In this document: positions 21,806-34,149 of the stretch, in pieces | Layout of the letters: each line of letters begins with the position of its first letter | How positions within the stretch are numbered: position 1 is the first letter of the stretch | Source: Octopus bimaculoides | Lineage: Eukaryota | NCBI RefSeq assembly: GCF_001194135.2 | Contig: NC_068983.1 | Span: 95,121,967 to 95,174,767 of the forward strand | DNA: 52,801 nucleotides | Reading direction: 5' to 3' | Program-made: the position numbers and the translations under genes | Notes under the pieces: generated by a model | Database searches by the model: none | Told to the model about the DNA's origin: nothing | What the model saw: the letters and a program-made list of their open reading frames with translations, nothing else

Positions 21806-22953
21806 CAATTAATAATTATTCTTTTTTTATTTCTAGTTGTAGTGTCTCACAATGAGACAAATGACGATGATATATTTAGAGTTTGTTAACTCTAGGACAG
21901 GAAAAAATCAAACCATAAGAGCAATTTGCAGGTTTAGTGCGATAAGAAAATGTTTAGGAAACACGTTCATTACCTTGTGACTTGTGTTGTTATACGAAAA
22001 CATAACACAAAAATTCTATTTTCATTTTCTTTATTTTTGGTTTGCATAGTTATGAAGTGATCACATAATACAGTATACACCTTGTCATTGTTCTCTCATG
22101 ATAGTTTCCAACGTTTTTTTCTCAGACCAAATAGATTGTCATATTGTAACGTCAGAAAATGTCATTATTCTCAGTTCACATACTTTGTTCAATAACTTTC
22201 TACTTTCGTAATCTTTGGAATAGAAGCACATGTACAAGCATGTGCAATTTCACTATTGTAAATACTAAACTTTCTCTCTGTGCGTTGCGTCATTCATCGG
22301 AAATAATAATGTGTATTTGAAATTATAACTTCCATTGCCAAAACAAAACTAGTTACTTCCTTTTAAGGAGTAGTTTGATAAAGCTTGGGTAACTGCCTAG
22401 AACAACCTACCGATAGGTCAGATAGAAATAAGTGCCATCTGGGCACTGGGATCAGAGAGACCCCAGTGCCCAGATGGTACTCATTTTATCGACTCCGAAA
22501 GATAAAGGGCACATATTTCTCCTCATACATTCTGAGAAGTGAAAGTGGGGTACATTCAGGATATTTTTTGAGAATGTGCACTTTCAAATCTTCTTCAAAA
22601 TTGCAGCCGCTTGAAACGAAATGTTCAGCAAGTTCTGTTGAACTACTGTTCTTGTGCCTGACGTCGAATCTGTGCCCATTAAACCTTTTGTTTAATTGTT
22701 ATTGAATATTCTTCTTTCTCTCTTTTTCTTTTCTTTTTCTGTCGTCTTCCTTTTTCTTTCTTTCTGCTTATTAAAAAACTGACAAAAGCTGATGATGTCA
22801 TTCTATCAACGTATGGACGCTGATTACTCACGTTCATAGTTTACGTTTGGTTTCTGAAATTTTGAATTTTCAATCACCTTTTGGTTTGAACTTGAGAAAG
22901 ACAGACGTTCTGTCGAAATGTTGTTTAAAACATCTAAAATCGCGCTCTTCGTT

Positions 22954-22954
<1 letters not shown>

Positions 22955-23026
<72 letters not shown>

Positions 23027-23208
23027 TAATAATCTCTTCTACTCTAGGCACAAGGTCCGAAATTTTTGGGGAGAGGGCCAATCGATTAGATCGACGCCAG
23101 TACACAACTGGTACTTAATTTATCAACCCCGAAAGGATGAAAGGCAAAGTCAACCTCGGCGGAATTTGAATTCAGAACGTAGCGATGGGCGAAATACCAC
23201 TAAGCGTT
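22955..23208 (-). mobile_element. SINE-B (23033-23208) with a long (TAA)n tail tract (22955-23031)
   Basis: Reverse complement ends CCTTGTGCCTAGAGTAGAAGAG(ATT)n. Confidence 0.88.
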
Positions 23209-23379
23209 TTTATGTAAAACTCCAGTCCCTTGGTTTTGTATCGTCTTTTTTGTTTTGTGCGCGGCCCTTGTAACCGATAAAAAAAGGAGTATTATTACTA
23301 TTATTATTGTTATTGTTGTTGTTGCTGCTGCTGCTGTTGTTGTCCTCGTGTATCAGGAAGACTACATCACTATCATCTA

Positions 23380-23540
23380 TTCTTTTTTTTTTATATTACT
23401 ATTGTCTGTTATGTATACTTCCCTTCGTTGTTTATTGTATACCATGTATACTTCCTTCTTTTGTCATCATCTCATTACATGTAAACCCTCACACTTTATA
23501 TTTGTCTTTGTATTGTCTCCTGGTGGCAAATAAAAGAAAT
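23380..23540 (+). mobile_element. possible Tx1/L1-type 3' UTR remnant
   Basis: T-rich tract ending GTGGCAAATAAAAGAAAT, like the end of the Tx1 copy at 45350. Confidence 0.4.
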
Positions 23541-23558
23541 CACTATTATTACTATTAT

Positions 23559-24028
23559 GTGGGAGAGCAGCGCATACCATCAAAGGGACACTGGGCTACA
23601 AATATACGAAGCCCAATATACGCGTCGTGACTACTTGTCTGATAAGGGCATACCAAGCACATGCATCATATATGCTCGACATGGTGATCACAAATCAAGA
23701 TAAACAGCATATGACCTTGCAGATGGAGCCCAGTTGGCATTTTCTTCACGTCGAGTAGTCCATCCTGCTCAAAAGGTCCCTGAATAAGGGTTGCATCATG
23801 GCTATGATGCTCTCACACTACTCCTGTTTGTGATCAGATATGCACATATCATCAGTCACTAAGGGACATGCTCAAATGGTTAAGGTCAAGCAACTCACAA
23901 GCAAATCTGTAGTTTTGAGCAGGATATTTGCTATAACCCACCTTTTACACCAAGACAAAACATATACGTGATAATATTTCAGTTAAAATCAGAATTCATG
24001 AGAATCACTGCTTGGTTCTACATCAGGA
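23559..24028 (-). mobile_element. unclassified non-coding retroposon-like element between (TAA)n tracts
   Basis: Complex ~470-bp block with no credible ORF, bounded by TAT/ATT repeats on both sides. Confidence 0.5.
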
Positions 24029-24097
<69 letters not shown>

Positions 24098-24118
24098 GTT
24101 TATTTTCATTATTATTAT
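24029..24118. repeat. (ATT)n microsatellite
   Basis: Direct reading. Confidence 0.95.
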
Positions 24119-24733
24119 CATTGCCTTTGCACAACTTCTAACGCTGAAGATGTATTACGNNNNNNNNNNNNNNNNNNNNNNNNNNNNNNNNNNNNNNNNN
24201 NNNNNNNNNNNNNNNNNNNNNNNNNNNNNNNNNNNNNNNNNNNNNNNNNNNNNNNNNNNNNNNNNNNNNNNNNNNNNNNNNNNNNNNNNNNNNNNNNNNN
24301 NNNNNNNNNNNNNNNNNNNNNNNNNNNNNNNNNNNNNNNNNNNNNNNNNNNNNNNNNNNNNNNNNNNNNNNNNNNNNNNNNNNNNNNNNNNNNNNNNNNN
24401 NNNNNNNNNNNNNNNNNNNNNNNNNNNNNNNNNNNNNNNNNNNNNNNNNNNNNNNNNNNNNNNNNNNNNNNNNNNNNNNNNNNNNNNNNNNNNNNNNNNN
24501 NNNNNNNNNNNNNNNNNNNNNNNNNNNNNNNNNNNNNNNNNNNNNNNNNNNNNNNNNNNNNNNNNNNNNNNNNNNNNNNNNNNNNNNNNNNNNNNNNNNN
24601 NNNNNNNNNNNNNNNNNNNNNNNNNNNNNNNNNNNNNNNNNNNNNNNNNNNNNNNNNNNNNNNNNNNNNNNNNNNNNNNNNNNNNNNNNNNNNNNNNNNN
24701 NNNNNNNNNNNNNNNNNNNNNNNNNNNNNTCCC

Positions 24734-24774
<41 letters not shown>

Positions 24775-25503
24775 ACTGCTGGCCTTGTGTTTATATTAGT
24801 AAACTAGCTATACAGTCGCAAGAAGCACGAGAAGCCAATAAAGTCACCGAAGAAAGGTCTCTTTGAATCTGCCGCAGGAGGTCATGCAGAAAGCGAACAG
24901 ATACCCGGTAATCTACCGATGTATGCGCGCCAAGGCTCCAAGTGTAGAGAGGCTAACACTCAGATAAGACCAATATGAAACGATAGAGGTCAGATAATCT
25001 CAGGAAAACTGAAGCAAGAAGCTACTCCACAACCTCTTCTAAGAGCAAAGATTTCACCCTGTACAATAGTGTATTAGCCGGCGATGGACGAGGGTCTGGT
25101 TGGGGGATGAGTCACTAGAAGTAAGTAACAAGCGGTTGACAGCGACTGTTTTGGCTCATGAAGATTTTAGAGATACGAAAGATAAAAAACGAAATTGGTC
25201 GTGGACGGACAAAGTGTTCATAGTCTAAGCAAACCAAGTAAGGATTGAAACCACCTCCGAACTGATCGAGCTAATAATGGAATTCAGCCATGTGTGGTGT
25301 AGAGGCAAAAAAATCTCCGATACCATATATGAGGTACCACAACCACCTAAAAGCCTCCTCGCAGGAAAAGACAAAATTGGGAAGCCTCTACCCTTTTTTG
25401 CTCTTTCACTTGCTTTAATCACTGCACTGCATCCCTGATGATTTATCATCTTGTAGAGTTAGTCGAATTAATATTTGTAATATTTGTAAGACCCCAGCAC
25501 TTA

Positions 25504-26640
25504 TCAGGTTGAGTCAAAAGATCTTTTGTAATTCAAGCTTTAATTATTCAAACAAATTACATACGAAAGGCGTTTATTTATCAAAATGTATCCCATTATA
25601 TTTTATTGTCCTTTGCCATCATTGTGCCAGAAACTCAATCCCATGCTTATACCATTTGGATGGTTTAGGGGTAAAAAGACTCCATGCACCCGTTTTTAAA
25701 TCTCATCTACATTGTTGTAGGAAATGAGTCATGGCTCAGAAAAGGTAGTAATCTGATGGTGAAGGTTTGGACTGTAGGCAGGGTGCGGCAGCACTTCCAG
25801 CCGCGCAAGTTCCTCAAGTCTGTGCTTGGTCACATTGGAAGTGTGTACTGAAGCATCGTCATGCTGTCTTCGATTGATTAATATTGGATTGCGGGCTTTC
25901 AAAGCATGATATACTCGCTGCAGTTGTTGGGCATAAAGTTTAGCGTTCACAGCATGACCCTATTAGACAAACTTAAAAGTATAACACTCCCTCTAAATTT
26001 CACCTCTAAATTTTGTTCAAACCGCCCTTGTATGATCCGAGGTTCTGAAGCCTGGCCGAAACGAAGCCACTGATTTCTCTTATAATTTCGAAAATAGATC
26101 TATGTTTCATTCTCAGTTACAATTCAACACCAAAAATGGTCATCTCGAGGACTAGTCATCAGTTGTTTGCAAATGTTCACAAGTCGTTGAACCTGGTCAA
26201 TGGTCATTTCATGAGCTTCTTGACAACATCTGTTCGCAAAACTGAGCTTATGAAGGTGTCGATTGATGGAACGTGTTGAAGGACCTAGTTTTGTTGACAA
26301 TGTATTTAACTGTTGTACTTGTGCTTGACTGTTGTACTTGTGCTTCGATGTTGTACCTGTGTTTGGCTGTTGTTCAAACATTTCAAGTAAGGCCTCATTT
26401 ACCACAATAGAAGGTATCCTTGACTTTGGTTTATCTACGAGTCTGCTGTCAACTTCCTTGAAAAGTCTGAACCAGTTTTGTGCCTCACGTCCGCTGATAG
26501 TTCTTCGGCCCTTCACATTATTGATTTTTTTGTCACTGCTCTTGCACTGAGTTCTTTTTTTCACAAGTAGTATAAAATGGCTCCAATTGCAATTTATCAT
26601 CACTCGTTATTAAATCTATAAAATAAAGAATAAACAATTA
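25504..26640 (-). mobile_element. mariner (DD34D-like) remnant with the central part missing or replaced
   Basis: N-terminal part EAQNWFRLFKEVDSRLVDKPKSR..INRHLHKL (26124-26603). C-terminal part YAQQLQRV..QHDDASVH..LEVLPHPAYSP (25729-25950). TA then TIR TCAGGTTGAGTCAAAAGATC at 25502-25523. Confidence 0.85.
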
Positions 26641-26768
26641 ATATTTGTAAGTTATATATGAAAATAAAGAATAAACAATTCAGCAACGATTGGACAAATT
26701 AATAATCTAACATAGAGAGATACAAGTTGCCAAAAATCATCAGTGAAAATTCGATAACAATTTTGATT

Positions 26769-26895
26769 CAACTTGGTATTCTTTCGGCCATTTTTGACGA
26801 AAAGTTAAGTTACAGGGAGGTAAACAAACCAACAACAGTCGACAAGAGGCAGTAGTAAGGGCAAACACAAACACAAAGACACATATGTGCATGTG
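26769..26895 (-). mobile_element. SINE-A tail fragment
   Basis: AAGTTACAGGGAGGTAAACAAACCAACA..GACAAG is a diverged reverse complement of the SINE-A tail. Confidence 0.6.
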
Positions 26896-26899
26896 AAGG

Positions 26900-28030
26900 G
26901 TGCATAATTTTTTTTTAGGTCATTTGTATGAATTTAGAAAAAGGCACTTAGCTCACTAAAGAAAAGCTTATTTGAAAACAAATCGGTATAAATAATCTTG
27001 AGAATCCTTGCACCATTAACATCAATAGTCGCTTCAATACCGGGTCGGAAGCGTCGCCAAGCCCGAATTAGATAATCTTTATCAATTTTGGACAGTGTTA
27101 GTCATAGTGGACGTGAGAGATTGGGGATATTGATTGACCTTTCTCTCGACTACGCCCCCTACGTAATAAATTACGTATGGGATTAAGGTCTGGTGAGCTA
27201 GGGGACCATGTGTCTGGAAGAACATGATCATGGAAATTGGCACGTACTCACGCTGGGTCTCCCTAGCCTTGTGAGTTGGCACAGAATCTTGTTGGAAGAT
27301 GTACGGTCTTCCGTTACGTACTCTGTTTATCAAGGACCTCACAATGTTCTCAAACAACTCTTTGTTGGCAGCAGCATTGACTCTTAAGCCCTGTGAGAAT
27401 ATTCGAAGAGGCATGACATCTCTTTCGTTACTGGTGAATCCCAGAATCATCACAGTTGTTGAAGACTTAATATGCATGATAGGTGGAACCTCATCCAGAT
27501 CTCTACATAATTCACCGTTCCTTCGGTTTACCTTTTGGTCCTGATTGAAGTTTTTCTCATCGGAGAACAACCAAAGCATTCCAGCCTCTTGGTGTTTTAG
27601 CTTGTTTAGTTAGCACTTTGGATTGCTCGAATGATTTGCTCTTGTTACATCTGACATAAACTGTCTTGTACCGGATGTTCTCATATACAACTCTTCTGAT
27701 GGTGCCTTCTGAAACCTTGAGGTCTTTTTCAATGACCCTCATTGACTTTTCGGAGGTTTTTCAACCGGTTATTTTTGAGACTTTTTGTACAAAGTTATGT
27801 TGTAATGGCATTAAGACGTGTTTAGCATTTAGCTGCTGATGTTGGATCCCCGTCAGGTGCTTTCAACTCCTTTCGAACTTTGACGATAAAGGATCAAACA
27901 ACTTTTAGGAAGGGAGCTATTTTTCTACCACCATTCTACGCTTTTAAGGCAACGATTGCAGCCTACCTTTTCATTTGCCGAAATCTGAGATCTTACGAAG
28001 GAAGTATTTCGTTCGTATCATATAGAAACT
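26900..28030 (-). mobile_element. maT-like (DD37D inferred) transposon, decayed
   Basis: Reads MKR*AAIVALKA..LKVSEGTIRRVVYENIRYK..LFSDEKNFNQDQKVNRRN..FQQDSVPTHKARETQ/W..WSPSSPDLNP. Spacing gives 37 residues to the mutated third Asp position. Confidence 0.85.
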
Positions 28031-28859
28031 AAGTCCTCGAAGAAATAATTAATTTGTCTATTAAAATAATTGTTAGGATAAATTGGTGTTAAAGGCAGTT
28101 TCATGAAATAGTATAACCTCTTTGAAATCATTCTCTATAAATTATTGCGGTAGTCGAATACTATTTTGTATGTTATCGGTGGTGAAAAACAGACTCTCAA
28201 AAAAGGTTTTCGATGAAGATAAAACTGTCTCATTTTTTTTTTTTTTATTAATTTCTTATTGACATAGTAAAAAGTAGTTGCCTGGGTATTATATGATGTG
28301 GATTATAGTAAAATAGGTTTATTTGATGTTTGAATTAAAAAATGACGTGAGAAAGGACGTGGGAAATGACATAATAAACGTACAGTTTAAAAGAAAATTC
28401 GTTGGGAGGTTTATATTCGGCATGAAAACAGAAAATTATTTCTTATCTTTATATCAACATCATACTACCACTCCTAACCCAATCAAAACTCTAGATCCAC
28501 CATCCCTCACTTCTCTATAGCAACATCAACCATCACCATCAGTATTTCAGATCAATCATCGTCATACATTCTATGTTCCAGGCCCACTAAACAACTCATA
28601 TTTAGCACACACTCATTCTTCTATGTGTGAACGAGGCGACCCAGAGTGCTAATGAGCCATGGTACACAGGAAAAGGAGTGTGGGGATTATTTTGAACGAA
28701 TTTTATTTTAAAAGACAAAACTAACGGCAGCGTTTGTGAATGGATATCCATCCATTGGAATCCAATCTTGCTCTCAACGTCCCCCCCCCGACTAATCTTA
28801 GGTTTTCGTGTCGTGAGTATTTTCAATAGATTTATCATGTAGTAAATTTTACCGACTAT

Positions 28860-29078
28860 CATTTATCATGACAACAGGAAGAAAAAAATGTATGTATGTC
28901 ATTATTCAGTTTATTTCAAAATTTCTTGCCANNNNNNNNNNNNNNNNNNNNNNNNNNNNNNNNNNNNNNNNNNNNNNNNNNNNNNNNNNNNNNNNNNNNN
29001 NNNNNNNNNNNNNNNNNNNNNNNNNNNNNNNCAGACAGACAGACAGACACACATTCTCATTTTTATATATATAGATAA
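28860..29078. mobile_element. possible DINE-1/HINE-like element end spanning a gap
   Basis: CAAAATTTCTTGCCA-gap-(CAGA)n..TTTTATATATATAGAT terminus. Confidence 0.4.
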
Positions 29079-29199
29079 TCGCTCGTATTAAATGTCTAAA
29101 TACCTTTAAGGTTTTAGACATTTCTCTACCAAAAGCATTTATTCGAAATTCAGTATACTGTATTCTCATCGAATATATCTAACTATATATATTGAGCTC

Positions 29200-30180
29200 T
29201 CTCTCTATAAAGAGCACTTAATACTGGATTCATTAAGCATGGAAAAACAATATCTTGGAATATCACTTAAAGATATACTTATCCCTTCTAAAGACACATA
29301 TTTATTATCTCTGCTTCAGAAAACCAATGACTTAAAGAGAATGAGGCCTTCTTTTATGATGACAAAAATACTTTAAAAGAACGATATAATAACACTTACG
29401 GTCTCAAATCTTATAGAAATCTACCACACAACCCATTATTAAATGAATTTGATAATTCAATATTAGAATTGGTTAAATCTATTAAATTCTCAAAATTTTC
29501 TTCAAAATATCAAAATAATCTAACAAAAATAGTCAACCTAATTACTAAATCACCAAATGTACCTGTCTTTTCTGATAAGACTGTAAAATAATATTCCATC
29601 ACCCCAAAACAATATCAAGACTTTCTCCAAAAAGAACTATGTCAATGATATAAAATTACAAACATGTCAAATTTAGAATTGGCAAATAATGAACACTGTA
29701 AAATTATGCATAAACTGGAAGTTGAAAACCGTACTGAAATATACACTCCGAATACACCAGACTTCAATTTAAAGGACTATAAATCTGATTTTAATATCAG
29801 TAAAAATATATAATATCAGTAAAAATATACTTGACAGGATTATACCTATAGTGAAGAAAAACTCAATTGTAACCTTTGGTTTAGCACAGGAGAAGTTATA
29901 ACTTGGTTACTACCAAATAAGACCAACTCTTCCTTCTTACAATTTGACATTAATAGCTATTATGCCTCTATGCTACTGATTATATTAAATAAAGCTATAA
30001 TTTCAGCTAGAAGTCTCTCTGATATTACACCATTTGAAATTGATATAACACTATTAGCTAGAAAAACACTTATTATATTTAATGATAAAATATGATGCCG
30101 TGCTATAAATAATAATTTATTTGATATCACCATGGGATTTTCTGATTCTGCACAAATCATCCCGTCTACATCATTTATTT
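29200..30180 (+). mobile_element. Penelope-like retroelement fragment (N-terminus and RT), decayed
   Basis: Reads SLKDILIPSKDTY..KRMR..TYGLKS..FSDKT..LKDYKSDF..FDINSYYAS..FDITMGFSDSAQI, matching PLE motifs (YSLKNIPIP, KRMRWKA, ADKT, LKDHK, FDIxxFYPSI, FDVTMGSYDGAE). Confidence 0.8.
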
Positions 30181-31554
30181 TTTCTAGCCATTTCTCAGCT
30201 AACAATGCCTACAGCGTCCTTCCAATCACTTTTTACTAACTAGAATTTATATTCCTGTTAACTGTTAGTGAAGAGTTTTGGCGGAGGATACTTTCCATCT
30301 TGCCTCTTGCACATATCACGCGTCTCTACTCCACTATCTTCACAATCTAACCATACCTATCTTCCATTCTGCCTACATTGATGCTGTTAGACCTAAGGTG
30401 TTAGAACTCTCGAGAAGAGGGAGATTTTCGTTGGTGTTTATCTTGTCGTTTGATTTATGTACCTCTAAGGAAAAAAGAAAGCCTATGTTCGTCAACAATC
30501 AAAAAGTCTTTCCATTGGATTCGCTGTCTATTTTGATACTGAAGGGAAGAGGAAAATCTTTGTGGAGACTTATTTCCTGTTGCTCTTTAGCATGTATGCC
30601 GATATGGTGTAAGAAAGCTTGTACATTTTGTCAACAATGAAAACGTCCATATCCTGTCATTTGATTCCCTAAGAATTACAGAACATTCAGTACTTTCTCA
30701 CACAACACACTCTTTTGTATAAGCAGTTTATTACACTTACAATTGTTTATTATTGTTTCATACACACACATATATTGCTATTGTGATTGTGAGAGAGTGT
30801 ACAACGACAGCTACATAATATGCGAGGAGGTTAAAGAGTGAGCAGGGTTAGGCACATGATATGTAATAGAGGGCAAGACCTGAGTAGCTACAGGGGGAAG
30901 CTAAAACTATGTTGATAGATATCCGGTGTTTTGTTTGTTCGAATCACGGGCAAGCTAATGTGAAATGAATGGGATTTAATGAGAGAAAAGAAAAAAGGAA
31001 GGAAGAAAGGAAGTGGAAACGGACGGATGGACGAACGGAACTAATGAAGGAATGATATACAAATATATTTGCAATGTAAAGTTAAAATACTTATCATTCA
31101 ACCACGGTAGTGGTTGAATATATTCCACCATTTCGTCAATCGCAGCAGCTTCCAAGCTTCACCACTAATTCAGTTCTCAACTAAATTGCAGCCTGTTAAC
31201 AATTTTAAATAGAAACCTCCTCAGCTACACTTTGGCATAAATAGTTTGAGATTTGATTCAGTAGAAAAAAAGTTACATCAAAATATCTGCGACCTCAAGG
31301 GGACAGTAAGGCACCTATTCCCCTTCAATTAGCATAAACTTTTAAATTTTAAAATAAAAGAATACTTTTCTTAGGCTTAAATGATAGAATAATGAATGAG
31401 GAATTCAGAGTCGCTAGTCACATTGAACAAAAATTAGTAGAAGAAAAGTTATGGGGTAAAATGCCACGAAATTTCGTGTCAGTAAGTATGAGAGTAAGGA
31501 AGTAACGCTTAGCAATAAGAATAAAGAATATATTGCTAAAATGAATGTCTATGT

Positions 31555-31680
31555 CCTAAGACGGCGAGCTGGCAGAATGTTATTCCGCTGGATGAAATGT
31601 TTATCGGTATTTCGCCTGTGTCTATATTTTGAGTTCAAATTCTGCCGAGGTCGACTCTACTTTTTATCCATTTCGGATCT
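31555..31680 (+). mobile_element. SINE-B 5' part
   Basis: AAGACGGCGAGCTGGCAGAAT..GAGTTCAAATTCTGCCGAGGTCGAC. Confidence 0.8.
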
Positions 31681-32374
31681 ATTCAATTTGACGTACAGAT
31701 TATTTAATTACTTTTTTTTTAACTAAACACTTTGAAACTTCTGATACTGGTAGAATGTGTCACATAGAACAGGGTTTACTCTTAACGTTTTTGACAAAAT
31801 TTTGTATTGTAGAAGTTATTTCGTCACAAGTTACAGAGTGACAATGAACAAATTCGTATTTGATAAGTGCCAATACACAAAACTCTCAGCTTTTGACTTA
31901 CTCTCTAACTTCTGTCGATGATATATATGCATATTATACATATATGTGTAAAAAAATCTTATCACAAAATCAAACCAATGTAAGAGCCGCTACCTGGTCG
32001 CTCGACACGCTAAAAATAGCAGCCAATGTATCCCCCAACCCAGTATTTTATAAGGTAAAATCCTAAATTATTAATCGACACATTATTATCTTATAACAGC
32101 AATGCCTGGAAAAATCATGGATTACATGAAAAAATGCGAGCATGAAAAGTAATATTCTTCAGATTATAAACCTGGAAAAGTACATGACAAGTTATTACAC
32201 CTATAAATGTATAGGACAAACTATTACTTCTAGTAAAGTAAAGAATAAGAAACTTTTTACTTAAATATTGCAGCTAAAATTAAAACTTGAATATGCACAC
32301 GCACACACGTGCGCGCTCACACACACACGTGCGCGCTCACACACACACGTGCGCGCTCACACACACACAAAGAC

Positions 32375-32482
32375 ACACATGTATACGATGGACTTATTTC
32401 AGTTTCCTTCTATCAAATCTATTCACAAATCTTTGGTCGACCTGAGGTTATAGTAGAAGGCACATGCCCGAGTTGCCACGCA
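32375..32482 (-). mobile_element. SINE-A body fragment next to (CA/CG)n repeats
   Basis: TTTCAGTTTCC..AAATCTATTCACAA..TAGTAGAAGGCAC. Confidence 0.7.
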
Positions 32483-34149
32483 ACATACATACATACATAT
32501 ATATATATATATGAATGGAGGCCAGCACATCTAAAGAATCAAAGAGATTCAGAAATATTATCTGCAATCTCAGGGGATTAAGGTACATTAAAAAAAAATA
32601 ACGTCGACCACTAACGTGGACAATTAATGCGCTAGAAATAGATCACATCTTGTGTCTATTAAGACCTAAAATGTTCTCAACATGAAATATAGCAGCATAC
32701 CAAAAACGTGAGCGGGCAAGACATCTAAAATCACCTAAAAAAGCATTATTAAACAGGAACTAGTTTCGGATTTAACAAATTCTTACCATTTGTCTATTCC
32801 TCATCAGCCTGATTTGTAATTTAACCGTAATCATCAGAATCATATACAGAGTTGATTCTTTAGATGTGCTGGCCTCCTGATAATTGATCGATATTAANNN
32901 NNNNNNNNNNNNNNNNNNNNNNNNNNNNNNNNNNNNNNNNNNNNNNNNNNNNNNNNNNNNNNNNNNNNNNNNNNNNNNNNNNNNNNNNNNNNNNNNNNNN
33001 NNNNNNNNNNNNNNNNNNNNNNNNNNNNNNNNNNNNNNNNNNNNNNNNNNNNNNNNNNNNNNNNNNNNNNNNNNNNNNNNNNNNNNNNNNNNNNNNNNNN
33101 NNNNNNNNNNNNNNNNNNNNNNNNNNNNNNNNNNNNNNNNNNNNNNNNNNNNNNNNNNNNNNNNNNNNNNNNNNNNNNNNNNNNNNNNNNNNNNNNNNNN
33201 NNNNNNNNNNNNNNNNNNNNNNNNNNNNNNNNNNNNNNNNNNNNNNNNNNNNNNNNNNNNNNNNNNNNNNNNNNNNNNNNNNNNNNNNNNNNNNNNNNNN
33301 NNNNNNNNNNNNNNNNNNNNNNNNNNNNNNNNNNNNNNNNNNNNNNNNNNNNNNNNNNNNNNNNNNNNNNNNNNNNNNNNNNNNNNNNNNNNNNNNNNNN
33401 NNNNNNNNNNNNNNNNNNNNNNNNNNNNNNNNNNNNNNNNNNNNNNNNNNNNNNNNNNNNNNNNNNNNNNNNNNNNNNNNNNNNNNNNNNNNNNNNNNNN
33501 NNNNNNNNNNNNNNNNNNNNNNNNNNNNNNNNNNNNNNNNNNNNNNNNNNNNNNNNNNNNNNNNNNNNNNNNNNNNNNNNNNNNNNNNNNNNNNNNNNNN
33601 NNNNNNNNNNNNNNNNNNNNNNNNNNNNNNNNNNNNNNNNNNNNNNNNNNNNNNNNNNNNNNNNNNNNNNNNNNNNNNNNNNNNNNNNNNNNNNNNNNNN
33701 NNNNNNNNNNNNNNNNNNNNNNNNNNNNNNNNNNNNNNNNNNNNNNNNNNNNNNNNNNNNNNNNNNNTATATATATATATATATATATATGAACTCTCTC
33801 GTCGTCTCAACGAATGAGTTCAGCAAGACATGTTAAACAACCTTGACGATGAATATGTTTTTATGGGTATAGTTTATGCTGATCCAAACCTTGTCTCTCG
33901 TCCTTCAAATTTGTATTGGTCTGGTGAAACAAGTGCCTCAAGCCCAATAGTTATCAGGATGCAGTTACTCAGTTACTTTATCTAAACATGAGCCGCCGTA
34001 TCTTAATGACAGTAGAAAATCATATCACCACAAAAAGTAGACTAAACGTTACGAAATAGGAACATTTGTCAAGCTCTTGGAAAAGACAAAATCCCACGTT
34101 GTTGGTTTTATGTCTCAGAATATTTAACACATAAAGTAGAAGTAAAAAT

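Noticed and set aside
24780-25460. Possible LINE ORF1 or exon in moderately GC-rich sequence
   Set aside because: No long frame or motif I can recognise.
30278-30640. Host exon candidate (AG at 30468-30469, open frame KKKAYVRQQ..MYADM, GT at 30607)
   Set aside because: Weak polypyrimidine tract and donor, no recognisable domain, no partner exons; needs RNA-seq to revisit.
33790-34130. Short open frame LDDEYVFMGIVYADPNL.. as RT or exon
   Set aside because: YADP is not an RT catalytic motif in context, there are no supporting motifs, and stops follow.
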